48,250 bases of DNA from Hydrurus foetidus (Eukaryota). Below, piece after piece: positions 12,030-21,240 of this stretch. Position 1 is the first letter of the stretch, and the number at the start of each line of letters is the position of its first letter. Position numbers and translations under genes: made by a program. The DNA lies in assembly GCA_900617105.1 (NCBI GenBank), contig UYFQ01000451.1, positions 1-48,250 of the forward strand, in the 5' to 3' direction. Below the pieces are notes generated by a model, which searched no databases, had not been told where the DNA came from, and was given only the letters and a program-made list of their open reading frames with translations.

Positions 12030-15000
12030 TCATGCCTTGGGCCATCCCGTAAGACACTCTCTCTCGTAGACGAATTGTGACCCCTGCAGCGGCTTGGTGA
12101 GGAGGTTAGCGTACATTTCTTTGGTCCCCTTGTGCTCCAGTTTCATCTCTCCTGTGGTCACTCGCTCCTTGACCCAAAAGTAGCGGATGCTGATATGCCT
12201 CGTCTTCTCTGCCCCGGACCTCCCTCGGTCGATGAGTGCCATGCATGACATGTTGTCCTGGTACACCGTGACAGGACCCATCGCGTACCCCTGGTTGACT
12301 AGAAACATCCTAGTGTGTAATCCCTGGTTGGCCGAGTCCGATAGTGCAATGAGCTCCGCTTCCGTGCTAGACTTGGACACGATCCCCTGCTTGGCTGATC
12401 TGCAGTGCACCGCACCCACATCCCCTATGACCACGCACGACCCGGTGTGTGACTTGCCGTCCCCGTGCACACCGTAGGATGCATCCACAAAGAGTCTCAC
12501 TGTTATCCCGATGGCCCCAGGGTTGAACACCAGTCCTGTGTCGCGTGACCAGCGGATGTACCGCACTAGGCGGTGTAACTTGTCCACATCGTCTTCAGTG
12601 CACCGTGTCACTCTGGTCGCCAGGTAGGCTACCGGGACGAGGCATTCCGGCTTGGCCCTCTTGGCAAGGTAGACCAGCTGGGCTGTGACGTGGTGAAACC
12701 ACACACGCACTTCTTCGCTCACCGTGACCGCATCCGGGCGAATGTCGAAAAGGCCGTCTGTCGCTGGTGTCTTAGCGATACCATGCACCCCTGATGACTC
12801 GAGCATCTCGTCCACGTACCCGGTCATATTCACGCGCGCTTCACCTACGCGAGAGAAATCAAATGCCATTCCAAGGTAATTGATTAGAGGACCGTGTGCT
12901 AGAGTGATTTCACCATACCTAACTCTCAGGCCTTCAGTGAGTTCTGCGATCATCGCCTTGCTAGTGCTGGTGATCAGCAGGTCGTCCACGTGGATAGTCG
13001 CTGTGCACTGCACACCCCTGATGTCCGCACGATTGAACACACATATATCGCTCTCGTTGCGAGTAAACCCTAGGCCTGTCATGGTCTTGCTGAGGTTCTC
13101 GTACCACAGGGCTGCGCTCTCGACACATCCATATAGTGCACGCTTGAGTAGGACCACGACTCTCCCTTTGTCGTCTGCGTACCGCCCGTACGTACCGTCG
13201 AGTGCAATGATCATATCCGACATGGTCTTGTCGAGTCTCATGTGAACTGGGACCTTTGTTGTCATGTGGGCGTTGAGGAATGCACCCCTAATGTCCACTA
13301 CTGCGACATGCCTGCGTTCGTATGCGCTGATTGCCGCGACGGTGAATACCGCACTTGTCGATACGGTTGGGGACGATAAGTCGTCGTACAGTTGTTTGTC
13401 CTGTTGGTCTCCCCCTGCGACAAGTCTCGCCTTGTACTTGTCGAAGCTGCCGTCTGGGTAAGTCTTCCTCTTAAGGAACATGGACGATCGGATGATAGAT
13501 GAGCGTTGACTGGCTGTGAGCTTGTGGAACATGACTGGTGCCCAAACTCTCTTGTCTAACATCTGTTGAAGCTCCTTGTTGATGACTAGGCGTGCGTCGT
13601 CACCCCTCGTCCTGAGCGCCTCTCTCACACTCACGTTGGCGCTGGGGTCCACATGTGACTCGATCCTGCGCTTCAGCAGTGTGGTCTTGATCGACTCTGT
13701 GCATGAGATGCTCTGGGTGGGTGTCGTTACGAGTGGTGTGTTGAAGGTCACGAAGGTAGCTCCTTGCTCCAAGGATTTGTTCAGTGTTCCTTGTCCAGTT
13801 CGGAAGTACTCGATCATCCTCTCCTTGATTGTTCTCTCTCGATCCTCTTCTTCTGCACTGTCTGTGATAAGAGTGTTAACAAGTGGGGGAGGGATAGGGA
13901 GGATTGTATCCCCTGAGGGATCGGTCAGTGCGCCGCTGTCCGGTGTGTCAGTACTGTGCTGACTGGTATCCACGCTGGAGACCATGTTGTCTTGTGGACT
14001 ACTTTGAACAGTCTCCTCCGGATGTAGTTCAGAAATATTTTGAGTTAATGTTAGATCACCCCCTATGTCCGGTGGAACTGAGAATTCCTCCTGTGGAATG
14101 TCGGCGAGGATCGGCTGGCTCAGTTGTGCGATGGCAGGTGAGTCCTGGGCATGAGCTCGTTGTCTTTGTTCAGGGTTCGGTGGTCGGATCTGCATGAATC
14201 TCGGCATCATGGATTTGTCCACACTGTGTCTGTATTGTATCTCGTTGTACACGTTGGGAGTCCCTGATAGGTATCGACCATCTTTCGCTGCGAGTTGGTT
14301 GAGGATCTGGATGATAGACGCTGGCATTGGTAGCACTTTGAAGTTGTCTCTGAGAATAATCTTATTAGTCGCAATAGAGAGCATTTTGACAGATCCTGTA
14401 CGATTACCGGTTGGTAAGTACACTATACAGTCTTCGGTGCGAGGGTTCATCGAGTTATCGGTGTTCGCAACGGTGCATTGACAATAGTCCCCAAAGGCCA
14501 CCCGGAAGTCCCGAGTCCCCGCAACCCGCTGTCCTGAGAAAGCTTCCCTTGGTGTAGTCCCCCCCGGACGTGAGCCTGAGTGTTGATAGTTGATACGGGA
14601 AATGCAATATAGTGCAAGCATCGACAGACCATTGATTGTTAGTGCGAACGGCAGTCTGCCACAGATGTGTGATCTGATTCGCTCTTTGATCATCCGAATT
14701 CTTCGCTCGACTCTTGCAACGTGTCCACCCGCACCGCTGATGTTGACTTCTATCGACAGGCGTTCAAGGTATGGGGTCAGTTTGCCAATGGCTCCTTCTC
14801 CGTCAGACATGATAAGCGACACGATGAAGTTGCGTGACTTCAGGGTTGAGATGATAACATCTAGGCACTTCTTCACTGACTCTGCGGTTCGAGATGGCTT
14901 CCCGGAGTCTGCCTGATCCAGTATAACACCTAGGGTGAGATCAAGTGGGTGAGACACGGCAACAAGTAAAGCGACCTGTTCGACGAACATGATGTCAATA

Positions 15001-16907
15001 GACAGTATCTGTTCCTGCTGGACGACTGACGGTGTCAGTGTGAGCATTGGTGTCTGTGACCTCCGTTTCACCGTCTTCCCTTTGATCGACGCGATGTCTT
15101 TCCCCCAGATTGCATCGGCCACACGGAAGTCATACTCGGTTACGTTGAAGTCATTCCCGGTTCTCAGCATTGATATTGCTTCTTCTACCGATGGGTAACC
15201 CATTCGTGCGATTAGCTCTCGCGCACACCTTGCTGCCACCACTTCTCTCTTAGTGTATAGCTTTAGGTTGTCGGCTACCGTTTGGATCATGGCATGTTCC
15301 TCAGGTGGATGGCTCGTTGCTCGCTTCGAGATCATGGATCGAACGTCACACACGTAAAACCTACCCTCGCTGCCTGGAATGCTTCTGCGACAGAAACTGT
15401 ATATGTTATCGCTCCCTTTGGGCTGTAACGTGAATCTGCTCTCGTGTTGATCATATCTGATCTTTGCACCATCATCAACCATAGCAGCGAACGATAGTAT
15501 GTTCGCGGTAGCATTAGGGCTGTAGTAGACGTTACCAACTTCATTGAAGTATCCTTCCTCAGAGACTCGGACTCCCTTCGCATTAGCTTGGACACCGTTG
15601 AGCACGATCGAGCTGTCCGCTTGTTTCACATCCGTTAAGAGATCCTTGTTGCTAAAAATGCTCACAGATGCTTGATTGTCAAGAAGGACGTGTGACCGCG
15701 AGAACAGGACCAGTTCGGTGGTTGTCGTGAACGCGTATTCACTCTTGTCTTCGTCGTCAACACTGATGTTCTCGGTAGATGTATATAGTGCTTTCTCAGA
15801 TTTTCGTTCGTCGCAATCTCGAGCGTAATGTCCGAGGTTTCCACAGACATAGCACAGCACACTTTCCAGTGACGACCTTTTTGCTTTGTTGTCGGCGGGA
15901 ACCTTCTTAGACGGTGGGGGGGTCTTCACTTTTTCGGTTTCTTTACCCTTAGTGACGTGTATGGCATCGGCTAAGAACGCTAGGTGTGGGATGCCTCCTA
16001 ACGGTGCGAAGGATCCGTCCCGGGTCCATGTAGAGGCTGTACGGAACGCTGCTGCGAGTGTACTAGGGTATGCACCAGGGATGTTTTGGCATGCATTGTT
16101 ACGCATAGTGGTGAGCATGCTCCCATACCTTTTTAGATCCAACTTACTGATGAAATCCAGTGCTTTGATCGATTCTGCAACCTCCACCATACCAACTCCG
16201 TGGTTGGCCTTAAGCTGGTTATCAAACCTAGTCTTGAAGTCTGCAACGAGTTCACGGTCTCCTTGCCGTAGTACGTTATACCGGAGCTGTTGGTCGTGTA
16301 GGTTTACCGACGACATGTTGTCGTGATCACCGTACATGTGCGAGATGTGCGATTTCCGGATGAACTTCCACAGCCTCACGCTGTCGAGGGCATGCCGGGC
16401 CATCTCAAATTTCGGGTCCTCTCTGACCTTGCTCTGCGATGCCGTTGACATCTTGGACCACATAAGTGCCCAAATCTTGGTCTCGTTCACTGCCTGTAGC
16501 TCGATTGCACGTTGGCGGCGGTCATAGGCTCCTTCTCTGAGCTTATTAATGAACTTTTCTGAGAACTGTTCGACATTGACGACAGGTCCCTCGGTTTCCT
16601 CCTGGACCGTACTGTCGTCACCACTGTCTTCTTCGTTTCCACTCCCGTAGTCCTCATCGTCGTCCGCATCCGCAACTGGGTTGGCGGCAACGACTGGTGC
16701 GACATACGCAGGATGGTAGTCTTTCAGCTGGGGAAGGGGATGCTTGTATGACCTATTGAGATGAAAGAACATCCCGGTGGTCCCGTACAACCCTGTTGTA
16801 AGGTTGTACATCTCCTCGCGCCACTCCACGGCGTTGTTTTCCTGCCCATACTGGAGAATACATCCATCTGTGGATTTCTCGGCCACTGCCGCTTTCTTTG
16901 GAGGCAT
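12030..16907 (-). CDS. Copia gag-pol polyprotein (Gag CCHC, protease, integrase, RT, RNase H), 1625 aa
   Basis: Zinc knuckle CYVCGNLGHYARDC; protease VLLDNQASVSIF; integrase LSIDIMFV...SDGEGAI...VERRIRMIKER; RT YKARLVAGG, LKRALYGCVES, IHVDDLLI; RNase H FVDASYG...SSTEAE...YQDN...ANLLTKPL. Integrase before RT is the Copia domain order. Confidence 0.96.
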   Translation of the reverse strand: MPPKKAAVAEKSTDGCILQYGQENNAVEWREEMYNLTTGLYGTTGMFFHLNRSYKHPLPQLKDYHPAYVAPVVAANPVADADDDEDYGSGNEEDSGDDSTVQEETEGPVVNVEQFSEKFINKLREGAYDRRQRAIELQAVNETKIWALMWSKMSTASQSKVREDPKFEMARHALDSVRLWKFIRKSHISHMYGDHDNMSSVNLHDQQLRYNVLRQGDRELVADFKTRFDNQLKANHGVGMVEVAESIKALDFISKLDLKRYGSMLTTMRNNACQNIPGAYPSTLAAAFRTASTWTRDGSFAPLGGIPHLAFLADAIHVTKGKETEKVKTPPPSKKVPADNKAKRSSLESVLCYVCGNLGHYARDCDERKSEKALYTSTENISVDDEDKSEYAFTTTTELVLFSRSHVLLDNQASVSIFSNKDLLTDVKQADSSIVLNGVQANAKGVRVSEEGYFNEVGNVYYSPNATANILSFAAMVDDGAKIRYDQHESRFTLQPKGSDNIYSFCRRSIPGSEGRFYVCDVRSMISKRATSHPPEEHAMIQTVADNLKLYTKREVVAARCARELIARMGYPSVEEAISMLRTGNDFNVTEYDFRVADAIWGKDIASIKGKTVKRRSQTPMLTLTPSVVQQEQILSIDIMFVEQVALLVAVSHPLDLTLGVILDQADSGKPSRTAESVKKCLDVIISTLKSRNFIVSLIMSDGEGAIGKLTPYLERLSIEVNISGAGGHVARVERRIRMIKERIRSHICGRLPFALTINGLSMLALYCISRINYQHSGSRPGGTTPREAFSGQRVAGTRDFRVAFGDYCQCTVANTDNSMNPRTEDCIVYLPTGNRTGSVKMLSIATNKIILRDNFKVLPMPASIIQILNQLAAKDGRYLSGTPNVYNEIQYRHSVDKSMMPRFMQIRPPNPEQRQRAHAQDSPAIAQLSQPILADIPQEEFSVPPDIGGDLTLTQNISELHPEETVQSSPQDNMVSSVDTSQHSTDTPDSGALTDPSGDTILPIPPPLVNTLITDSAEEEDRERTIKERMIEYFRTGQGTLNKSLEQGATFVTFNTPLVTTPTQSISCTESIKTTLLKRRIESHVDPSANVSVREALRTRGDDARLVINKELQQMLDKRVWAPVMFHKLTASQRSSIIRSSMFLKRKTYPDGSFDKYKARLVAGGDQQDKQLYDDLSSPTVSTSAVFTVAAISAYERRHVAVVDIRGAFLNAHMTTKVPVHMRLDKTMSDMIIALDGTYGRYADDKGRVVVLLKRALYGCVESAALWYENLSKTMTGLGFTRNESDICVFNRADIRGVQCTATIHVDDLLITSTSKAMIAELTEGLRVRYGEITLAHGPLINYLGMAFDFSRVGEARVNMTGYVDEMLESSGVHGIAKTPATDGLFDIRPDAVTVSEEVRVWFHHVTAQLVYLAKRAKPECLVPVAYLATRVTRCTEDDVDKLHRLVRYIRWSRDTGLVFNPGAIGITVRLFVDASYGVHGDGKSHTGSCVVIGDVGAVHCRSAKQGIVSKSSTEAELIALSDSANQGLHTRMFLVNQGYAMGPVTVYQDNMSCMALIDRGRSGAEKTRHISIRYFWVKERVTTGEMKLEHKGTKEMYANLLTKPLQGSQFVYERECLTGWPKA

Positions 16908-17379
16908 CTCGGCTGCCTCAAGTGTTTAAATTATGTTGCGAATTCCGTATTCCGCAACCGCGCCGTGAACAGCTTCACGTACGAAGTGTCTAGTACGAGA
17001 ACTACGCAAATCCCGTGAAATGGAAGAGGTGTTGTTTTCCAATCAGTCGATAATTTAACTTGTGACTGACATCCCTGTTTGCCAGCCACGAAGCTTACAG
17101 CGCCACCTATCTACGCTACTCTAGAAGGAAGAAAACAGAACATCAATGAACGAGTGGTGTAACGCGCATGAAACACTTTTCATGCCGAACTGTAACGCAC
17201 CATACAACCGTATAGTGGAAGACCACCAAAATTGAAGTATCTCAAAATACCAAAACAGAAATACTACCTGGTACCAAAGATGATTTGGTACCAGGTATCA
17301 AACTGCCGAGATCTAAACAGATACTCGGCAAATTGATACCTGGTATCAAATGGATACCTGATACTCACATTTATCAAAC

Positions 17380-18591
17380 ATGAAAGCTCCAGCTAAGAGA
17401 GGCCGCAGCTATTCAACTGCCAACACAACTTACTTGCTCGATCTGATTGAGGAGATAGAACCTTGTGGAGCGGAAGAGTGGAATTCTGTCGCATCTAGAT
17501 ACAACGCTCATTTTGGCGGAGAGAGTCGCTCCGGCGACGATTTGAAGAATAAATTTAAAACGCTGAAGGGCGTCAAAAAGCCAACTGGAGATCCATCTTG
17601 TCCTCCCGAAGTAATTCGAGCAAAACGCCTACAAAAATCACTGGAAAGAAGGATGGACGTCCAAACCTTGGAAGACGACGACGACAACTTGGACGACAGA
17701 GTGGATGACGATCAACATAATGAAGACAACGACAATGAAGAAATCGGGGCCAACGAAGAAATCAACGACAACAATGGATTTGGCGACGCAGTTGATGATT
17801 TCGACGAAAACTTCGAGGACAGTAATGAAAGAGATCGCAGAATTTCCGGTTCTTTAGACGCTGATTCTGACCCTTTCTCCCGCAACAACGCGAAGTCGGG
17901 CAACAACGCAACGTCCAGCATCAACTCTAATGCTGGATCTTCTCGGCCACCATTTCTCGTTTCCAGGAACGTTAATTTCAACGCGTCTAATCACATGGCA
18001 AGAGCAGCCGGTACTAGTTTCCGGTCAGTTCAATCAAACGCAAAGACTGCAAGTTCTGTAACAAGTCAAGCTGCGAACGGAAGTAAGAGACCACCTCTAC
18101 CGAAGAAACGGACCAACGCTGCTGAACAAGTTCAGTCTACAACTACCCTTCGCACAGGGCTGACTGAGGATCAATTGAAGACTATGACATCTACTATACG
18201 GGAACGTTCTCCTAGCCCAAGCTACAGCGAGACAGTTGTCAAACGAAGGAGAATCGATCATATGATAGAGAAAGGAAGTGAGTTCCTCGCCGCTCCCGAC
18301 ACTAGCGGCGATAACATGTTAAAAATCATGATGATGCAGAGTAATGAGAGAGAAGCAAAAGCTGACGAATGGCGCCGCGAAGAAAGGGAACGGGAAGATC
18401 GTAATAATCTGAGAAGAGAAAAAGAAGAACGCGAGCGGTTGCTGAGAGAAGAAAGGAAAGAGGAGGCGAGGCTTGAACGAGAAGAGAGAAGAGAGGAGAG
18501 ACGCGAAAGGGAAGAGAGGGACAGAGATGAACGAAGAGAGAAAGCAGACAGAGAAAGATCAGATCAAATGATGCTATTCTTAAAACGCTAA
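17380..18591 (+). CDS. Myb/SANT-like DNA-binding protein of the Harbinger element (403 aa)
   Basis: N-terminal LLDLIEEIEPCGAEEWNSVASRYN...RSGDDLKNKFKTL...KKPTGDPSCPPEVIRAKR, followed by an acidic linker and an E/R-rich coiled-coil tail, as in Harbinger second ORFs. Confidence 0.8.
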   Translation: MKAPAKRGRSYSTANTTYLLDLIEEIEPCGAEEWNSVASRYNAHFGGESRSGDDLKNKFKTLKGVKKPTGDPSCPPEVIRAKRLQKSLERRMDVQTLEDDDDNLDDRVDDDQHNEDNDNEEIGANEEINDNNGFGDAVDDFDENFEDSNERDRRISGSLDADSDPFSRNNAKSGNNATSSINSNAGSSRPPFLVSRNVNFNASNHMARAAGTSFRSVQSNAKTASSVTSQAANGSKRPPLPKKRTNAAEQVQSTTTLRTGLTEDQLKTMTSTIRERSPSPSYSETVVKRRRIDHMIEKGSEFLAAPDTSGDNMLKIMMMQSNEREAKADEWRREEREREDRNNLRREKEERERLLREERKEEARLEREERREERREREERDRDERREKADRERSDQMMLFLKR

Positions 18592-18714
18592 GCATATTTT
18601 AAAACGCTAAACGATCCAATGATTCTCTTATTTAAACGCAAAGCATAGTTAACAAACAAACACAAATGAAATACGAATACGCAAATGAAATACGAATAAT
18701 TATTAGATAAATGA

Positions 18715-18911
18715 AGATCGGAATCGCAACCTTCGCGGTACAAGACGTACCAAGGTGCTTCTCTAACGCTTGGAAAAAGAGCCGCCGAGCGAAAAAAGTT
18801 CCTATCTTTGAGATAGAATTTCAATTTCAAGAGGAGTGCCATCACCATGACTTTCTTGACTCGAGTCCTCCTTCTCTGCTGTTTCCGGACGATGTAGATG
18901 ACTTCTATCAT
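18715..18911 (-). pseudogene. Truncated 5' end of a probable PIF/Harbinger transposase
   Basis: KDRNFFRSAALFPSVREAPWYVLYREGCDSD resembles the N-terminal PW..LY....D region of oomycete/fungal Harbinger transposases; it then runs into AT-rich sequence with no DDE core. Confidence 0.6.
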
Positions 18912-19458
18912 GATCTTGTAGTTGTGACGTATATTGGATTTTTGGTGACACCTGTTAAACCAAATCGATTTGATACCTGGTACCAGATTTGTTTTGATAC
19001 CAGGTAGTATCAGTGTTCAGGTTCCAGTAAAAACCTCATTTTTGGTGGTCTTCCAGTACATCACACACACACACACACACACACAACAATGACCGAACGG
19101 TCCTACATACTACAAAGAGCAGTTCACCACAGAACGAAACTCCAACAATAGGTACCGCAACGATTGAGTGTACTCCTTTATCCTTTATATCCGACACAAG
19201 GATTCGATTTTGATTTTGGGGGTATGATTTCTTCCGATCGATCGATCGATGAGGTACTCACATTGAAGATGTAACTTTGAGCTCTTCAGCTAAACTTTGA
19301 ATATCTTTTTGAAGACTACTCCGCAGTGCTCCAATTCAAGGTAGGATCGCAGAAGATAGCCACCCGTGGACCTGAGCCGCTATTTTTACTCCAGCTCATT
19401 CAATCACTGTCCGCTGATACCGTGAGAAAACCTCCCTCTCAGATCCCAAATCATTTAA

Positions 19459-20571
19459 ATGTTTAAAGCACTCGGTAATTTGGGGAAGGTTGGGTTGGCG
19501 AGTGGAGCTGCTGTCGTTGCTGTAGCCAATGGTCAGAAGCTTCAATCCGCTTTCAATGATTCAATCGCTCGCCATCCTCCAAATATTAGAGAATCCATTT
19601 CGACGGGCGAGGACTCATACATAGTTCTCGAGGCTAGTTCGCCAGACAAGAACGAGAGTTTTGACGATGAGATTGCCTCATGTGGCACAGAGACTGCCAA
19701 GGATAGTGTCGGAGGAGAAAAGAGGTCGTCAACAGTAACGAAGAAATCCAAATCATCAATATCAGAAGATGAAATTGATGGGAAGTTATTGTCTGTCGAG
19801 TCGGTCCAGAATGGTGGTGTTGGATTGAGTGATGGCCTCGAATCGACGATTGCTCTATTTACCAATCGGCTGAAACTCAGAGATCATCTTTTATCGTCAG
19901 ATATGCCGGCGGAAGAAAAAGGCAGAGCGTGGGAAGAGATACTGTTAGGTGTGAGGGACGTGCTGTCCAAACCTGAAGTGCTGGAAGAAATGATCCGCGC
20001 TGCACGTCATTTTAAAGTGGAAGATATCCCAGAGGATCTTCTCTCGCTGACATCAGATTGCGGAACAGATGCGACTATGTCTGAGTTGAACAGCTTACCA
20101 GACAGCGAGCAGAGTAGCGCGAAGGACTTTCTTCCAATCTCTCAACATGTCCAGTGGGAGAACTTGGCCTGCGATTACTCTTGCTTGATATGCCGCGAGC
20201 TTCTTGCCGCTCCTGTAATAACCAATTGCACTCATTCCTTCTGCGGATCATGCCTGTCCGACCACATCGGTAGCATCTCATCGGCTGATGTCGATGTGGT
20301 CCATTCCTGTCCAGCTTGTCGCAACCCCATACATCTGACCACTTATGAAAGGGTTCTTGATGACAGCATCGCAAAGAAAGCCTCACTATTGAACGGCGGC
20401 TCCTCTAGTACTAGATGGCAAGCTCGCCGTAAGCAATATTTGGACGGCTTAAAAAAACCGAACAACTTCTGTAAAAGTGTCGATGATGCAATACGACGAG
20501 CGATTCCTGTCGTTTCCATGCTTGTCATACTGATTCTTGCCTTATTCAAAGTAGCGACTAATCGTAGATGA
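19459..20571 (+). CDS. RING-finger (C3HC4) protein with C-terminal transmembrane anchor, putative E3 ligase
   Basis: 370-aa uninterrupted ORF; CLICRELLAAPVITNCTHSFCGSC...CPAC; hydrophobic tail IPVVSMLVILILALFKV. Confidence 0.88.
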   Translation: MFKALGNLGKVGLASGAAVVAVANGQKLQSAFNDSIARHPPNIRESISTGEDSYIVLEASSPDKNESFDDEIASCGTETAKDSVGGEKRSSTVTKKSKSSISEDEIDGKLLSVESVQNGGVGLSDGLESTIALFTNRLKLRDHLLSSDMPAEEKGRAWEEILLGVRDVLSKPEVLEEMIRAARHFKVEDIPEDLLSLTSDCGTDATMSELNSLPDSEQSSAKDFLPISQHVQWENLACDYSCLICRELLAAPVITNCTHSFCGSCLSDHIGSISSADVDVVHSCPACRNPIHLTTYERVLDDSIAKKASLLNGGSSSTRWQARRKQYLDGLKKPNNFCKSVDDAIRRAIPVVSMLVILILALFKVATNRR

Positions 20572-21240
20572 GCCGCACTCCAGATTACGGACTCGATTCT
20601 TCGTTGAGTGTTGAATGTCTACAATGAAATGTTTATAAGTCGGTCCTCAGCACCTCTCCTGTGTTATGTATTGTTGTGATATCAGTGCCTATTTACATTC
20701 ATCTCTTGTGATTTTGATAGAAACCACATGTAATAAGGTAAAGCACCTATAAGAATAGTGACAGCAATGTTTCTGGATAATTTTAATTAAATTAAGCATA
20801 ATTTAATCGGCGATTTTTTGTGAGGATTGGATCCTATGTATTCACATACTACTCACCTTTTCCCTGTGCGTAAGTTGTAACCACTGAGTCGCAGTGTGAA
20901 GACGAGCTGATAGAAAAGTAGAAAACCCAACCGTCTCATCGAATGATTGATGTGATCAAATACGTTCTGTACGTACGTGTTGGTTTTTGATGGCACATTC
21001 TATGAAGGAATCGGTAAATCCGTAGGGTGATTGCACAGAAAAGTAGCTTCTCTCACCTAACGCATGTCACAAATTTATAAATTGAAAAATTCTTCAAATT
21101 TATGCAGCGCACTTTTAATTTCGCGAAAAAATGTACTGCTTCGTAAAAATGAAACTGTAGTTAATAATTGCGCGGCATTTTGTTCTGCCATGTCATGTAA
21201 GATTTCTTAGAAAATAAAGGGTAAACGTAACAGAATGTAT

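Larger units (their letters stand above)
17217..19054. mobile_element. PIF/Harbinger-type DNA transposon, internal-deletion (non-autonomous) derivative
   Basis: TIR GGAAGACCACCAAAA (15 bp perfect, ~22 bp imperfect), 3-bp TSD AGT, Myb/SANT ORF plus a convergent transposase N-terminal stub. Confidence 0.88.
11562..19147 (-). mobile_element. Full-length Ty1/Copia LTR retrotransposon (CoDi-like), recent insertion
   Basis: LTRs TGTTG...CAACA at both ends, 5-bp TSD ATAGG (11557-11561 and 19148-19152), single intact gag-pol ORF, short purine-rich tract (AGGGGTG on minus) next to the 3' LTR. Confidence 0.96.
16934..19147 (-). repeat. 5' LTR of the Copia element, split by a DNA transposon
   Basis: 16934-17216 and 19058-19147 together reproduce the 3' LTR; 17217-19054 is foreign sequence flanked by a duplicated AGT. 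Confidence 0.93.

Noticed and set aside
12187..17018. Numerous plus-strand ORFs of 65-146 aa over the Copia
   Set aside because: Antisense shadows of the gag-pol frame with no independent motifs.
19459..20571. Intronless RING gene as a retrocopy or TE cargo
   Set aside because: It lies outside the Copia TSD, with no poly(A) remnant or flanking duplication; an ordinary host gene is the simpler reading.
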